Source: an uncultured Thermomicrobiales bacterium (GTDB taxonomy: Bacteria; Chloroflexota; Chloroflexia; Thermomicrobiales; CFX8). Taken from it: a stretch of DNA of 64,000 nt. Numbering within the stretch: the stretch's first letter is position 1; each line of letters begins with the position of its first letter. The position numbers and the translations under genes were made by a program. The notes below the pieces were generated by a model that did not search any database, was not told the origin of the DNA, and was given only the letters and a program-made list of their open reading frames with translations. Of this stretch, positions 55,334 through 64,000 are shown in pieces. The DNA is taken from contig CAYWXR010000002.1 in NCBI GenBank assembly GCA_964462545.1, forward strand, positions 152,783 to 216,782. Direction: 5' to 3'.

Positions 55334-56029
55334 ATGTGTGGACGCTTCGTCATCGCAACGCCGCTGGGATTCATGCTCGATTTCTTTGATATCCATGATT
55401 CCCGGATCGAGGACCACCGGCCCCGCTATAACGTAGCTCCGTCCACACCGATCTACATCGTGCGCGATGATGGTGAAGTCCGGACGCTTGACCGTGCCAG
55501 TTGGGGGTTCACCCCTGCCTGGGCGAAGGGCCTGAATGATGGTCCACGGCCAATCAACGCCCGTTCAGAAGGTGTTGCCAGTAGCCGGCTCTTTCGCAAC
55601 GCGTTCCGCCAGCGTCGCTGTCTGGTGCCGGCCGATGGTTACTATGAGTGGCAGGCTCGCCCCGGCCAGCGCAAACTGCCGCACTACATCCACCGGGCAG
55701 ATGGCACGATGATGGCGTTTGGTGGCATCTGGGAAACCTGGCACGCCGGCGATGAGGACGAGGTGACATCAGTTGCCATCCTTACTACCCCGGCCAGTGG
55801 ACCAATGAACGACATCCACGACCGGATGCCGCTCATCCTCGAGCCGGAAGACTGGCAAGTCTGGCTTACTGGTCCTGACCCGGCAGACCTGCTGCATCCC
55901 GCCGACGATGCACTGCTGCGCTGGCATCCGGTCACCACGGAAGTCGGCAACGTCCGCAACGACAGCCCGGAACTGATCGAACCGGTCGAGACAAAAATCG
56001 GTCTGCCAATTCCCGAAGAAACCCCCTGA
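55334..56029 (+). CDS. SOS response-associated peptidase (SRAP, YedK-like abasic-site sensor)
   Basis: Starts MCGRF (catalytic Cys2). Also YNVAPS, PINARSE, RRCLVPADGYYEW and HDRMPLIL. Confidence 0.93.
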   Translation: MCGRFVIATPLGFMLDFFDIHDSRIEDHRPRYNVAPSTPIYIVRDDGEVRTLDRASWGFTPAWAKGLNDGPRPINARSEGVASSRLFRNAFRQRRCLVPADGYYEWQARPGQRKLPHYIHRADGTMMAFGGIWETWHAGDEDEVTSVAILTTPASGPMNDIHDRMPLILEPEDWQVWLTGPDPADLLHPADDALLRWHPVTTEVGNVRNDSPELIEPVETKIGLPIPEETP

Positions 56030-56085
56030 CAAACGCCGGAAAGTTCGCTATACTATCCCCTGCACCGGGAAACCCCGGTGCAAAC

Positions 56086-56158
<73 letters not shown>

Positions 56159-56182
56159 CGAAGCGACAAGCACACAAGACGT

Positions 56183-56220
56183 AAACGCCCCTCGCCAGCT
56201 GGCGAGGGGCGTTTTGTTGT
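56183..56220. terminator. Bidirectional rho-independent terminator
   Basis: aaacgcccctcgcc-agct-ggcgaggggcgttt, followed by tgttgt. It lies between the tRNA and the convergent secreted-protein gene. Confidence 0.85.
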
Positions 56221-56240
56221 TGCGTTATTCCTGAAACGGT

Positions 56241-57500
56241 CTAGTTCGGTTTATTGATCCAGACTGCCACGCCGCCGTGGCCCGAGCAGGTGCCGGAGGC
56301 CTTCTGGCTGTAGGAGTATGTACCGTCCTTACAGAGAGCAGTGGCTCCACCTGGGTGGGATGGTGTTGGTGGTTCTGGTCTGGGGGTTGGAGTCGGAGTT
56401 GGCGTGGGTGGAGGAGGCGGTGGCGGTGGATTCGATGAGGGTAGATGTTCGCAGACTATGCCATCTCCATCCTTATCCAACCCATCAACGTTGTTGGAAG
56501 GCGATCCACCCTTGCTCTTGAAATATGCCTGCGCTTCTTCCTGGGTAGCAAAGTCCTCGCAGTTTCTGGTTGCCGGAGAACCGGGTGCCCCCGGCGTGGA
56601 TGGACCTGGAGCACCGGGCTGGGGTGGCTGCCCGGTGTGACACGGTGCGCCGTACCGCCATTCGCAATAGTGCTGGCCAACGTTCCCGGCCTCGACTTGC
56701 CAACCTTCAGGGTTTTCCGGGGTGTAGGTGAGACAACGACGCTCGAAACATTGGAGCAGGACATCGGTGTAGGTGCCGGCAACCTTGACGCGGGCCCAGT
56801 ACGGTTCAGTGATCGGCCGGCCGGTTGCGAAGTAAGGGTTCTCGAACAATCGAGCGGAGATGTAGTTTCCGTTCTCATAGACGATACCCGTGGCATTCAT
56901 GAACTCCCAGAATGGCGCCGCGATTGCGTGATGGGTGACATCGTCGACCACCGCAACTGTGACGCCGTGTCCGGCGAGTGAAGGATCGGTAGTTACGATT
57001 CCCTGACGATTGACACGTTGAGTGATCACGCTACCAACGGCTGCTGCATCACGATCCATGAGCGAGGTGAACGTTGCGTAGGTTGGTCCGGTTGGATCAT
57101 CTCCATCTCCGGCAACATTCACCGTGGCCGGGCTTCGCTGTTCGAAGTCAGCGTGGCCAACCTGCATTTGGCCAGTGATGAGCTCAGTCGTCAGCAGACC
57201 GTTGGTTACATACCAGATTGAGGTCTTGTCACCCGACGGGTTGGTGATCTCCATTCGGGATTTATCGTAATAGATGACTTCCCGTTTGCCTCCAGGTGCT
57301 TCGGTGTAGTTCTCGGTGAGAACTCCGGTAAACGCCTGCGGCCCCCACATCCAGGTTCGATTTGCACGGCCGCTTGCGACCGGTTGGTCTGTGCGCTCCC
57401 AGGTTCGTTGAAATGGTGACGGTTGTGCCTCGACGCCAGCCATTGGAAAGAGCATTGCGAAAAGCACGGCAATGGCCGCCAACCGTGTTCTACGCTCCAT
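56241..57500 (-). CDS. Secreted protein: unrecognised 290-aa N-terminal domain, Excalibur Ca-binding domain, Pro/Thr linker and DUF3761-like Cys-rich tail
   Basis: ATG at 57500 (AAGGAG 7 nt upstream). Signal peptide MERRTRLAAIAVLFAMLFPMAGVEA. Excalibur NCEDFATQEEAQAYF...DGLDKDGDGIVCE, linker PPPPPPPPTPTPTPTP, tail CKDGTYSYSQKASGTCSGHGGVAVW. Confidence 0.85.
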   Translation of the reverse strand: MERRTRLAAIAVLFAMLFPMAGVEAQPSPFQRTWERTDQPVASGRANRTWMWGPQAFTGVLTENYTEAPGGKREVIYYDKSRMEITNPSGDKTSIWYVTNGLLTTELITGQMQVGHADFEQRSPATVNVAGDGDDPTGPTYATFTSLMDRDAAAVGSVITQRVNRQGIVTTDPSLAGHGVTVAVVDDVTHHAIAAPFWEFMNATGIVYENGNYISARLFENPYFATGRPITEPYWARVKVAGTYTDVLLQCFERRCLTYTPENPEGWQVEAGNVGQHYCEWRYGAPCHTGQPPQPGAPGPSTPGAPGSPATRNCEDFATQEEAQAYFKSKGGSPSNNVDGLDKDGDGIVCEHLPSSNPPPPPPPPTPTPTPTPRPEPPTPSHPGGATALCKDGTYSYSQKASGTCSGHGGVAVWINKPN

Positions 57501-57749
57501 ACGTCTTCTCCTTCGTTCTGCCGCTGAAACCAACTCTCATCATGCCTGATGCAAAAAATTGTTTCAAGCTCATGCGCGTGCGCCACGAACTATTGCCGGA
57601 AGCTGCCCCGCCGGATTCGTTACATCAGGATCTGAAAATGAACTGATTATTGGCTTGCCGGGCGTAGCAATAGACTAATGTGCCAAGAGCAAGGTGAGAG
57701 TAGATTGTTTGACCATCATGGCAATGCCAGAACAACAGGGGTCTGGCGC

Positions 57750-59216
57750 CTAATGCCCCTCAATGATCGGGACGTCGGTGGTGAGGATGAGGCGGTTGCG
57801 GCCGGTGGCCTTGGCCTGGTAGAGCGTGGTGTCGGCGGCGCGGAGCAGGGAGACGATGCAGGCGGGGTGGTCGGGTGGCATCCAGGCTGCGCCGATGCTC
57901 ACGGTGATCGGGATCTGTAGTCCCTCCGGGCCGGGGACGGGTCGTCGTTCGGCGTTGACGAGGATGCGGTCGGCGATGGCGTGGGTTGTTGCCTCGTCGA
58001 CATCAAGCAGGAGCACCGCAAATTCCTCGCCTCCCCAGCGACACAGCAGATCACCACGCCGCACGTCCGTGCCGGCAGAGACGGCAAAGTGGCTGAGGGC
58101 AACGTCACCGGTCGCGTGCCCGTAGACGTCGTTGATCTCCTTGAACTTGTCCAGGTCAATCATCAGAAGGCCGGTTCCCCGGGAGAAATCGTCCTGCGTT
58201 GCGAGCCGTTCCTGTCCCCAGGTCATCAGTGCACGCCGGTTGGGGAGTCCGGTCAGTTCGTCATGGAAGGCCGCACGGTCAAGGTCCCGGATCAAGGCGA
58301 GGCGCGACGTATTGGTAATTGAGACTGCCAGGGGCGCAAGCGCCATCAATCCCACCCCGAGGCGGATCGACGTGATGGCGTCCAGTTCGACCAACCGGCT
58401 GGTAGCAGGAATAAGCGTTGTTCCGGTGTTAATCGAGAACATTTCCCACATCCCGACCAGCAACACCGTGAACGCAGTGGTGAAGATGGAGTAACGCAGG
58501 GCGCACCAGATCAGCGCAGGAACCGGGAAGGCAAAGGAACCGGGACCTCCAATCACTCGCCCAATAGCCATTGACAGGATCAATGCCACCACCGGTAGCA
58601 CCTTCAACAGTTCTGCTGCCGAGAGGGTGATTCGCTTCCGGAGCAGTGTGCGCAGTTCAACACCGCCTGGAATGGTCAGGATGAGCGGGAGGATGATGAT
58701 GAAGTTGGTCAGTTCCGAGCAGAACCAGAACATCGCGTTTTCCAACGCTGTGCCATCAAGCATGTCGAAGGCAAGGAACCCTGCTGCAATCGTCGCTGTG
58801 CTCGCGCCACATAGCGAAATGACCAGGATTCCCAGAATCAGCATCGGATGCCTGGTGTCATGAAACTGGTCCGGCAGTCGCCGGTAGATAAGAAACGCTG
58901 ATGCCACCCCTGCCAGGTTGGTGAGGGCAAGCACTAATGTAAAGCGGAATGATCCACCGGTCAGAAAGTCCGCAGTGATGTAACCAAGGAATGCAGCAAT
59001 CCAGCCCAGGCTGCCGGCATAGGCTGGTTTCCTGATGAAGAAGCCCAGCAAGACAGCGTTTGCCGGCCAGATTGTTGCCAGAAATTCCATTGGACGAGTG
59101 GAAATGCCGGCCAGGGAGACTGTCAGGACAAGGATATAGACAATTGCCAGACTCCGGAGGCCCTGATTCCCGACGATGGTGGAACGGCTCTGAGTGAATG
59201 CAGGTAGTGCTTGCAC
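57750..59216 (-). CDS. Diguanylate cyclase (GGDEF) with a multi-TM MASE-like sensor N-terminus
   Basis: About 300 aa of TM segments, then DELTGLPNRR, an I-site-like RGDL, and the active site RWGGEEFAVLL. Confidence 0.9.
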   Translation of the reverse strand: MQALPAFTQSRSTIVGNQGLRSLAIVYILVLTVSLAGISTRPMEFLATIWPANAVLLGFFIRKPAYAGSLGWIAAFLGYITADFLTGGSFRFTLVLALTNLAGVASAFLIYRRLPDQFHDTRHPMLILGILVISLCGASTATIAAGFLAFDMLDGTALENAMFWFCSELTNFIIILPLILTIPGGVELRTLLRKRITLSAAELLKVLPVVALILSMAIGRVIGGPGSFAFPVPALIWCALRYSIFTTAFTVLLVGMWEMFSINTGTTLIPATSRLVELDAITSIRLGVGLMALAPLAVSITNTSRLALIRDLDRAAFHDELTGLPNRRALMTWGQERLATQDDFSRGTGLLMIDLDKFKEINDVYGHATGDVALSHFAVSAGTDVRRGDLLCRWGGEEFAVLLLDVDEATTHAIADRILVNAERRPVPGPEGLQIPITVSIGAAWMPPDHPACIVSLLRAADTTLYQAKATGRNRLILTTDVPIIEGH

Positions 59217-59492
59217 TCAACGCCTCCTTTCATGCGGGGGTCCGCTTGTGGCACCTGAATGTTGCGGGAGTCTACGTAAACATCACAGGCTGTGCAACAG
59301 GACATTAGTCGTGTAATGCGAACTTGTTGGGCCGCGGCAACCTTCGGGTAGACACATGTCAGGACCACCCTGCTATGGCCGGGATTCATATCCAGAGGAA
59401 AACTCGGACAGTTGACACTGTGTGTCACGAGCAAGCATAGTGTACGTACAACGCTCGATGCAGTGCAGCGTATCGGACTGGCAGGGGGAATC

Positions 59493-60773
59493 ATGGTAGC
59501 AGCGAGGGCAGGTTTCGTACGCAGGGCGCTTGCGATGATCATCGCAGCCATGCTGATCGCGCCGGCAGTGGGTACGGTTGCCCAGACATCCAATGAGATG
59601 TATTTCGACCTGGTGTGGGCCCGGACAGATGGCCCGATTGCGACCGGCAATGCCAGCCGTTCGTGGGTCTGGGGACCAACCAAGTATGGTGCCGCCCGTA
59701 TGGAGGCGTATGCCGAAAGTCCCGGTGGCGAGCGCCTGGTGCAGTATTTCGACAAATCGCGAATGGAAATCACTCACCCTGGTGAGAACCCGAACTCAGA
59801 CTGGTATGTGACCAATGGTCTGCTGGTGGTTGAGTTGATCACTGGCCGGATGCAGGTTGGCGATGCCGAGTTCGAAGAGCGGGAACCGGCTCAGGTCAAT
59901 GTTGCCGGGGATAACGATGATCCGAACGGCCCGACCTATGCAACGTTCCAGACCCTGCTGGATGCACCGGCCACTCCGGAAGGCTGGATTATCACCAACA
60001 AGGTTGATCGTGCCGGCAATGTGGTGATGGACGATGCCTACGCCGCCTACAACATCACCATTGCCGACATTGACGAAGTGACCGGCCACGCCATCGCCAA
60101 GCCGTTCCTGGATTTTGCGAATTCAACCGGCATCATCTGGGCCAACAGTGCCTATGTCACCGGTACCCTGTTCCCGAATCCACTCTTTGCACTAGGCCGG
60201 CCGATTACCGAGCCATACTGGGCCGAGGTGAAGGTTGCCGGCACCGAGCGCGACGTTCTGCTCCAGTGCTTCGAACGACGTTGCGTGACCTACACACCGG
60301 GCAACCCGGAAGGCTGGACGGTGGAAGCCGGAAACGTCGGCCGCCATTACTTCAATTGGCGCTACAGCGGGTCTGGCCCGGAAGAACCACAGAAACCGGT
60401 CGAAGTCTTTACCTGCAATGATTTCGAGTACCAGGACGATGCGCAGCACGTCTACGACCTTTACAAGGATTCGGACCAGGTGGACGTGACTGCACTGGTC
60501 GATGACGAGGGGCTGATCTGCTCCGAACTGGATTCGCGCCCCGGAGGTGCGTCGTGCCACGATTTTTTGTACCAGGAAGATGCCCAGGCGTACTTCGAGG
60601 AGTTTGGGGGATCACCCTCGAATAACGTTGACGGGCTCGATCTAGATGGCGATGGAATCGCCTGTGAAGAATTGCCATCCCGCCCCGAAACGCCTGGAAC
60701 ACCACCGCCAGGTGGCGGAGGCGGTGGCGGTGGTGGGGGAGGCGGTTCCCAGCCACCACCTCCATCACGCTAG
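59493..60773 (+). CDS. Secreted paralogue of 56241..57500: same N-terminal domain, two Excalibur domains and a Gly/Pro tail
   Basis: ATG at 59493 (AGGGGG 4 nt upstream). Signal peptide MVAARAGFVRRALAMIIAAMLIAPAVGTVA. It shares YFDKSRMEIT, WYVTNGLL, VNVAGD-DDP-GPTYATF, GRPITEPYWA-VKVAGT and LLQCFERRC-TYTP-NPEGW-VEAGNVG with the paralogue. Excalibur repeats: CNDFEYQDDAQ... and CHDFLYQEDAQAYF...DGLDLDGDGIACE. It ends with a G12 run. Confidence 0.85.
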   Translation: MVAARAGFVRRALAMIIAAMLIAPAVGTVAQTSNEMYFDLVWARTDGPIATGNASRSWVWGPTKYGAARMEAYAESPGGERLVQYFDKSRMEITHPGENPNSDWYVTNGLLVVELITGRMQVGDAEFEEREPAQVNVAGDNDDPNGPTYATFQTLLDAPATPEGWIITNKVDRAGNVVMDDAYAAYNITIADIDEVTGHAIAKPFLDFANSTGIIWANSAYVTGTLFPNPLFALGRPITEPYWAEVKVAGTERDVLLQCFERRCVTYTPGNPEGWTVEAGNVGRHYFNWRYSGSGPEEPQKPVEVFTCNDFEYQDDAQHVYDLYKDSDQVDVTALVDDEGLICSELDSRPGGASCHDFLYQEDAQAYFEEFGGSPSNNVDGLDLDGDGIACEELPSRPETPGTPPPGGGGGGGGGGGGSQPPPPSR

Positions 60774-60907
60774 ACCAGACTCCTCACCAGCTGAACAAAC
60801 CGGAGCCGCAAGGCTCCGGTTTTCCGGTTGCCCGTACCTTGACGTTTGGACAAAGTTTGGATAGAAATCCTGACCGAGGTATCCGATTTCTGGAGCAGGA
60901 GGCTGAG

Positions 60908-61309
60908 ATGACTGAAGTTGTTGACAGTCCAGAACAGCAGCTTGATCGAGCGATCGCTGAACTCGGGACATTCGAGATCCGTGGTGGAATGGAGCGGATC
61001 TACTTCAATGATCTGCCCGGCTGGCTTGACTTCGTCGTGGAATACGACGACAAGGGCAAGCCGTCTTCCGCAACCTTGGGCGGAAAACCTCTCGATCTGG
61101 CGAAGGCGACCCGTCTCAGCAACGAACTGAAGCACGCCAAGCTGTACTACGACGTGGAAGCCCGGGTCTTCCGTGGACAGGGTCTTACCAGCACCACCAA
61201 GGGAGACCTCGAAGCCGCGATTCTGGCACGGGCAAAGGAAAACCTTGCTGCTGCCGAGGAGCCTGCCAGCGAGGAATCGACCGCCGGGGCAGAAGCCACA
61301 ACTGTCTGA
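60908..61309 (+). CDS. Hypothetical protein, 133 aa, acidic tail
   Basis: ATG at 60908 with AGGAGG 5 nt upstream. No motif recognised. The antisense 191-aa ORF is judged spurious. Confidence 0.55.
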   Translation: MTEVVDSPEQQLDRAIAELGTFEIRGGMERIYFNDLPGWLDFVVEYDDKGKPSSATLGGKPLDLAKATRLSNELKHAKLYYDVEARVFRGQGLTSTTKGDLEAAILARAKENLAAAEEPASEESTAGAEATTV

Positions 61310-61422
61310 ACCCGGAGCCCGTCTCAATACCAATCGAATTTGCATTTTTCAGGATGGAAAGTATTGCCTGATTGTCCACGCCCCCCTAGAATGAGGGCGC
61401 AGGAGATGCAAACAAGCATGGT

Positions 61423-61454
61423 GTACCCTGTTCATGCCGAACAGGGTACGTTTG
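61423..61454 (+). terminator. Hairpin terminator candidate
   Basis: gtaccctgttc-atgcc-gaacagggtac, followed by gtttg. It lies between the hypothetical gene and the DoxX gene. Confidence 0.5.
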
Positions 61455-61478
61455 TAACTACGAGCCAGGAGGGGTTCC

Positions 61479-62342
61479 ATGAGCAAACAATCGACCTGGA
61501 TACTAACCGCGGTATCGGCTGTATTGTTTCTGGCGCTGACCTGGATCTTTGGTGACCGTGCGCTCCTTACTACCCTCTGGAACTCGGACGCCTGGCACAG
61601 TTCAGCATTGATTACCTACCTGCTGGTCGCGATCATCATTGTTTGTGGCTATTTGCAGGCAGAACGCATGCCGGCTGCCGGGGTGAACCTGCACCAGGAC
61701 GTAGCACCGTTGCAGACGCCTGGACAGGTGCGCGATCCGCGCATCTGGGAACTGTTGATGGGCAATACCTATCTCTCCCTTGCCTGGATGCCGTTGCGGT
61801 TCTTTGTGGGCCGGCAATGGTTCAGTTCTGGTTGGGGCAAGCAGTCAAACGATGCCTGGGTTGATAGCGGCGTGGCCCTGAAAGGCTTCTGGGAGCGGAT
61901 TGTTCAGGTCCCGGAACAGGGTTCAGCCCCGATTTACTATGACTGGTATCGCGATCTCATCCAGTACATGCTGGATAACGAGTGGTACACGTGGTTCGCC
62001 AAGCTGGTCGCTTACGGGGAAATCCTGATCGGCCTGGGGCTGCTCGTCGGTGGACTCACCGGAATTGCAGCGTTCTTCGGCACCACCCTGAACTTCAGCT
62101 TCATGATGGCCGGCACAACCAGCAGCAACCCTGTCCTGTTCGGACTCGGTGTCTTTATCGTCCTGGGCTGGAAGGTTGCCGGTTACTGGGGTCTTGATCG
62201 CTACCTGTTGCCGTTGCTGGGTACCCCGTGGGGCCGGCACGACCGCCAGGCAGCCTCGACACCGTCAAAACCGGGGCCGCGTGCCGCTGGCAACCCGACT
62301 CCGCCACCTACCAGACGATCAAACCGGCGAAACAGGAAGTAA
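61479..62342 (+). CDS. DoxX/DoxD-like membrane protein with a basic Pro-rich C-terminal tail
   Basis: AGGAGG 6 nt upstream. Four or more TM segments with a DoxX-like pattern (RFFVGRQWFSSGWGK ... GEILIGLGLLVGGLTG). Confidence 0.75.
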   Translation: MSKQSTWILTAVSAVLFLALTWIFGDRALLTTLWNSDAWHSSALITYLLVAIIIVCGYLQAERMPAAGVNLHQDVAPLQTPGQVRDPRIWELLMGNTYLSLAWMPLRFFVGRQWFSSGWGKQSNDAWVDSGVALKGFWERIVQVPEQGSAPIYYDWYRDLIQYMLDNEWYTWFAKLVAYGEILIGLGLLVGGLTGIAAFFGTTLNFSFMMAGTTSSNPVLFGLGVFIVLGWKVAGYWGLDRYLLPLLGTPWGRHDRQAASTPSKPGPRAAGNPTPPPTRRSNRRNRK

Positions 62343-62344
62343 CC

Positions 62345-63928
62345 TCAGCGCATATCTCGCAGCAACCGGGGAGCCATGTGCTCCCCGATCAGCATACAGG
62401 TGAAGTTGGTATTGGCTCTCGGGACTTCGGGCATGATCGACCCATCGATCACCCGGAGTCCTTCGATTCCGAGCACCTTGCACTCCGGGTCGACGACCGA
62501 GCGCGGGTCATCTGCCGACCCCATCCGGCAGGTTCCAACGATGTGCCAGGTATCGCGCACCGCCAGTTTCATCCACTCGTCGATCTCCTGATCGCTGTGG
62601 AGGTCATCCATTGTCATCGGGATCGACACCGTCACGCCGCGTGAGAGCGAAATGCTTTCGCTGATAGCCTGCATCGCCGGATGCCGGCCAATCTCAAAAA
62701 TCCGCTTCGCGCCATCCCGCAATCGCACCAGGTCGCGTTCGTCGGAGAGCATGTTCTGGTCGATGATTGGCATGGCGAACGGATCAGCACTGGCAAGGGT
62801 CAGCATGCCGCGTGAGAAGTTCTGCCAGGTGATGACGGAAATCGCACCGGCCGAAAACCCCTGCTCGTCGTAACCGTTGAGGTTGCGACTGGCAATGACC
62901 ATGTCGTTTCTCCCGGCGCCAGCCATGCCTGAACTGTAGCGGATGTAGCAGATAAGCAAGCGGTCATCGCGGGAAGTTGCCCGTGCTTCCGGCTTGAGTT
63001 GCAGGTGGATGCCGACCGATGAATGGTCGCAGAGATTGTGTCCCACCGGCAGGTTGGCCAGCACGTCGATTCCCAGTTCCCGGAGATGCTCTGCCGGGCC
63101 AATCCCCGAACGCATCAGGATTGGTGGGGAGAAGACAGAACCGGCAGAAAGAATGATTTCCCGGCCGTCATACTCCACTGTCTTGCCGCCTCGATGCACC
63201 AGGACACCGGTCGCCTTGCGTCCATCAAACAGGATCCGGTCCACGTGGCTGTCGCCCATGATGGTGAGGTTCTTCCGGTCCCGGGCGGGTTCGAGATAAC
63301 CATCATTGGTCGAAACCCGGTTGTCCTGGGTGCGGTTGACCGGAGCGGCAGAGATTCCGGTGGAATCGGGCGCGTTGAGGTCCGGGTGCCAGGGATAGCC
63401 AAGATCCAGTGCTGCCTGAAGCAGCGCAAGGTCGACCTTGCCCCAACTGGAGATAGGCGGACGCCAGACGGTGATCGGGCCACCCTTGCCGTGATAGAAG
63501 GCGTCCCCGAAGTCGAGGTCGTCTTCCATCTTGATCATCGAAGGCAGCAGTTCCTCACCCGACCATCCGGTACATCCCTGCTCGGCCCAGATGTCGTAAT
63601 CCTCGAGCATCCCGCGATGCGCGACCATCCAGTTGATTGCCGAACTGCCACCGACACCGCGTCCGCGGTCGTAGAGACGAGGTTCCTGTACTGACGAGCG
63701 GCGCACCATCAGATCCGGCCACTGATAGTTGGCAAAGATGGTTGGGTTGGTGATTCCAAGCGGGTTTGCACTACGCATTTCTGGTGGAGCATCTGCCGAA
63801 CGGTAGTCCGGGCCAGTTTCCAGAAGCAGGACATTGACGCCCGGGTTCTCGGTCAGCCGGGACGCAAGCACTGCACCGGATGATCCGGCTCCAACAATGA
63901 TGAAGTCATACACCGGGGATGGTTTCAT
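62345..63928 (-). CDS. GMC-family FAD oxidoreductase (choline dehydrogenase-like)
   Basis: YDFIIVGAGSSGAVLASRL, GGSSAINWMV, and the C-terminal HIVGTCRMG active-site region. Confidence 0.93.
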   Translation of the reverse strand: MKPSPVYDFIIVGAGSSGAVLASRLTENPGVNVLLLETGPDYRSADAPPEMRSANPLGITNPTIFANYQWPDLMVRRSSVQEPRLYDRGRGVGGSSAINWMVAHRGMLEDYDIWAEQGCTGWSGEELLPSMIKMEDDLDFGDAFYHGKGGPITVWRPPISSWGKVDLALLQAALDLGYPWHPDLNAPDSTGISAAPVNRTQDNRVSTNDGYLEPARDRKNLTIMGDSHVDRILFDGRKATGVLVHRGGKTVEYDGREIILSAGSVFSPPILMRSGIGPAEHLRELGIDVLANLPVGHNLCDHSSVGIHLQLKPEARATSRDDRLLICYIRYSSGMAGAGRNDMVIASRNLNGYDEQGFSAGAISVITWQNFSRGMLTLASADPFAMPIIDQNMLSDERDLVRLRDGAKRIFEIGRHPAMQAISESISLSRGVTVSIPMTMDDLHSDQEIDEWMKLAVRDTWHIVGTCRMGSADDPRSVVDPECKVLGIEGLRVIDGSIMPEVPRANTNFTCMLIGEHMAPRLLRDMR

Positions 63929-64000
63929 CAGCCCGCCCTTTCCGTATCAGCAATGTGTGATGCTTCGCTGATGGTACGGGATTGATGGCGGAATAGGAAG

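Noticed and set aside
59412-59441. TTGACA-N18-CATAGT as the promoter of the second Excalibur gene
   Set aside because: It is plausible, but the -10 is weak and I have no supporting feature. It is not listed as a feature.
60770-61345. 191-aa minus-strand ORF overlapping the 60908..61309 gene
   Set aside because: It has no SD and would start inside the downstream intergenic region. The plus-strand ORF has AGGAGG-N5-ATG.

Overview
This is a gene-dense bacterial chromosomal segment, roughly 60% GC by eye. I count about 56 credible protein genes and one tRNA-Lys(CTT). I saw no rRNA, CRISPR array, transposase, integrase or reverse transcriptase.

Lineage hints point to a Chloroflexota (Thermomicrobia)-like or Actinomycetota-like organism, which I cannot name. 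The hints are several luciferase-like (F420/FMN) oxidoreductases, a hemE-hemH-hemY operon, an AdnAB-like double motor-nuclease, a mycoredoxin-like protein, a WYL regulator and a GAAC-N4-GTTC SOS box.

Gene content, left to right:
- FtsX/ABC module with an OmpR-type two-component system and an odd truncated receiver
- P-loop NTPase and a degenerate amidohydrolase
- CDO-like cupin divergent from a four-rhodanese protein
- Peptide ABC importer (binding protein and two permeases, no ATPases)
- RDD protein
- Glycine-betaine ABC transporter (proX-V-W order)
- GT4 glycosyltransferase
- hpaB/hpaC/extradiol dioxygenase
- Small membrane proteins and a WYL regulator
- FAH/amidohydrolase/LLM operon
- NERD-SF1 helicase plus AdnB-like and AdnA-like genes
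- SAM methyltransferase and two LLM oxidoreductases
- hemY-hemH-hemE
- A strong promoter, then a 64-aa ORF, ABC-2 exporter, MFS, mycoredoxin-like protein and Zn-ribbon protein
- acnA
- Collagen-like surface protein
- dnaE2, small ORF and imuB, divergent from an SRAP (YedK-like) gene across one LexA box
- tRNA-Lys
- Two paralogous secreted Excalibur-domain proteins flanking a membrane GGDEF cyclase
- Hypothetical protein, DoxX and a GMC oxidoreductase

Most noteworthy, all hypotheses from reading the sequence only:
1. An imuA-less SOS mutagenesis cassette in which a 97-aa ORF with its own Shine-Dalgarno (SD) site is embedded between imuB and dnaE2, overlapping both.
2. One LexA box placed inside the spacer of the imuB promoter and shared with a divergent SRAP gene.
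3. An AdnAB-like operon extended by a NERD-SF1 helicase.
4. An inverted pair of unrecognised secreted Excalibur proteins around a diguanylate cyclase.
5. A membrane-anchored collagen-like protein.
6. A promoter/operator/short-ORF unit in front of an exporter cluster.

Start codons were refined by eye from SD sites and neighbouring stops. No database search or folding was run.
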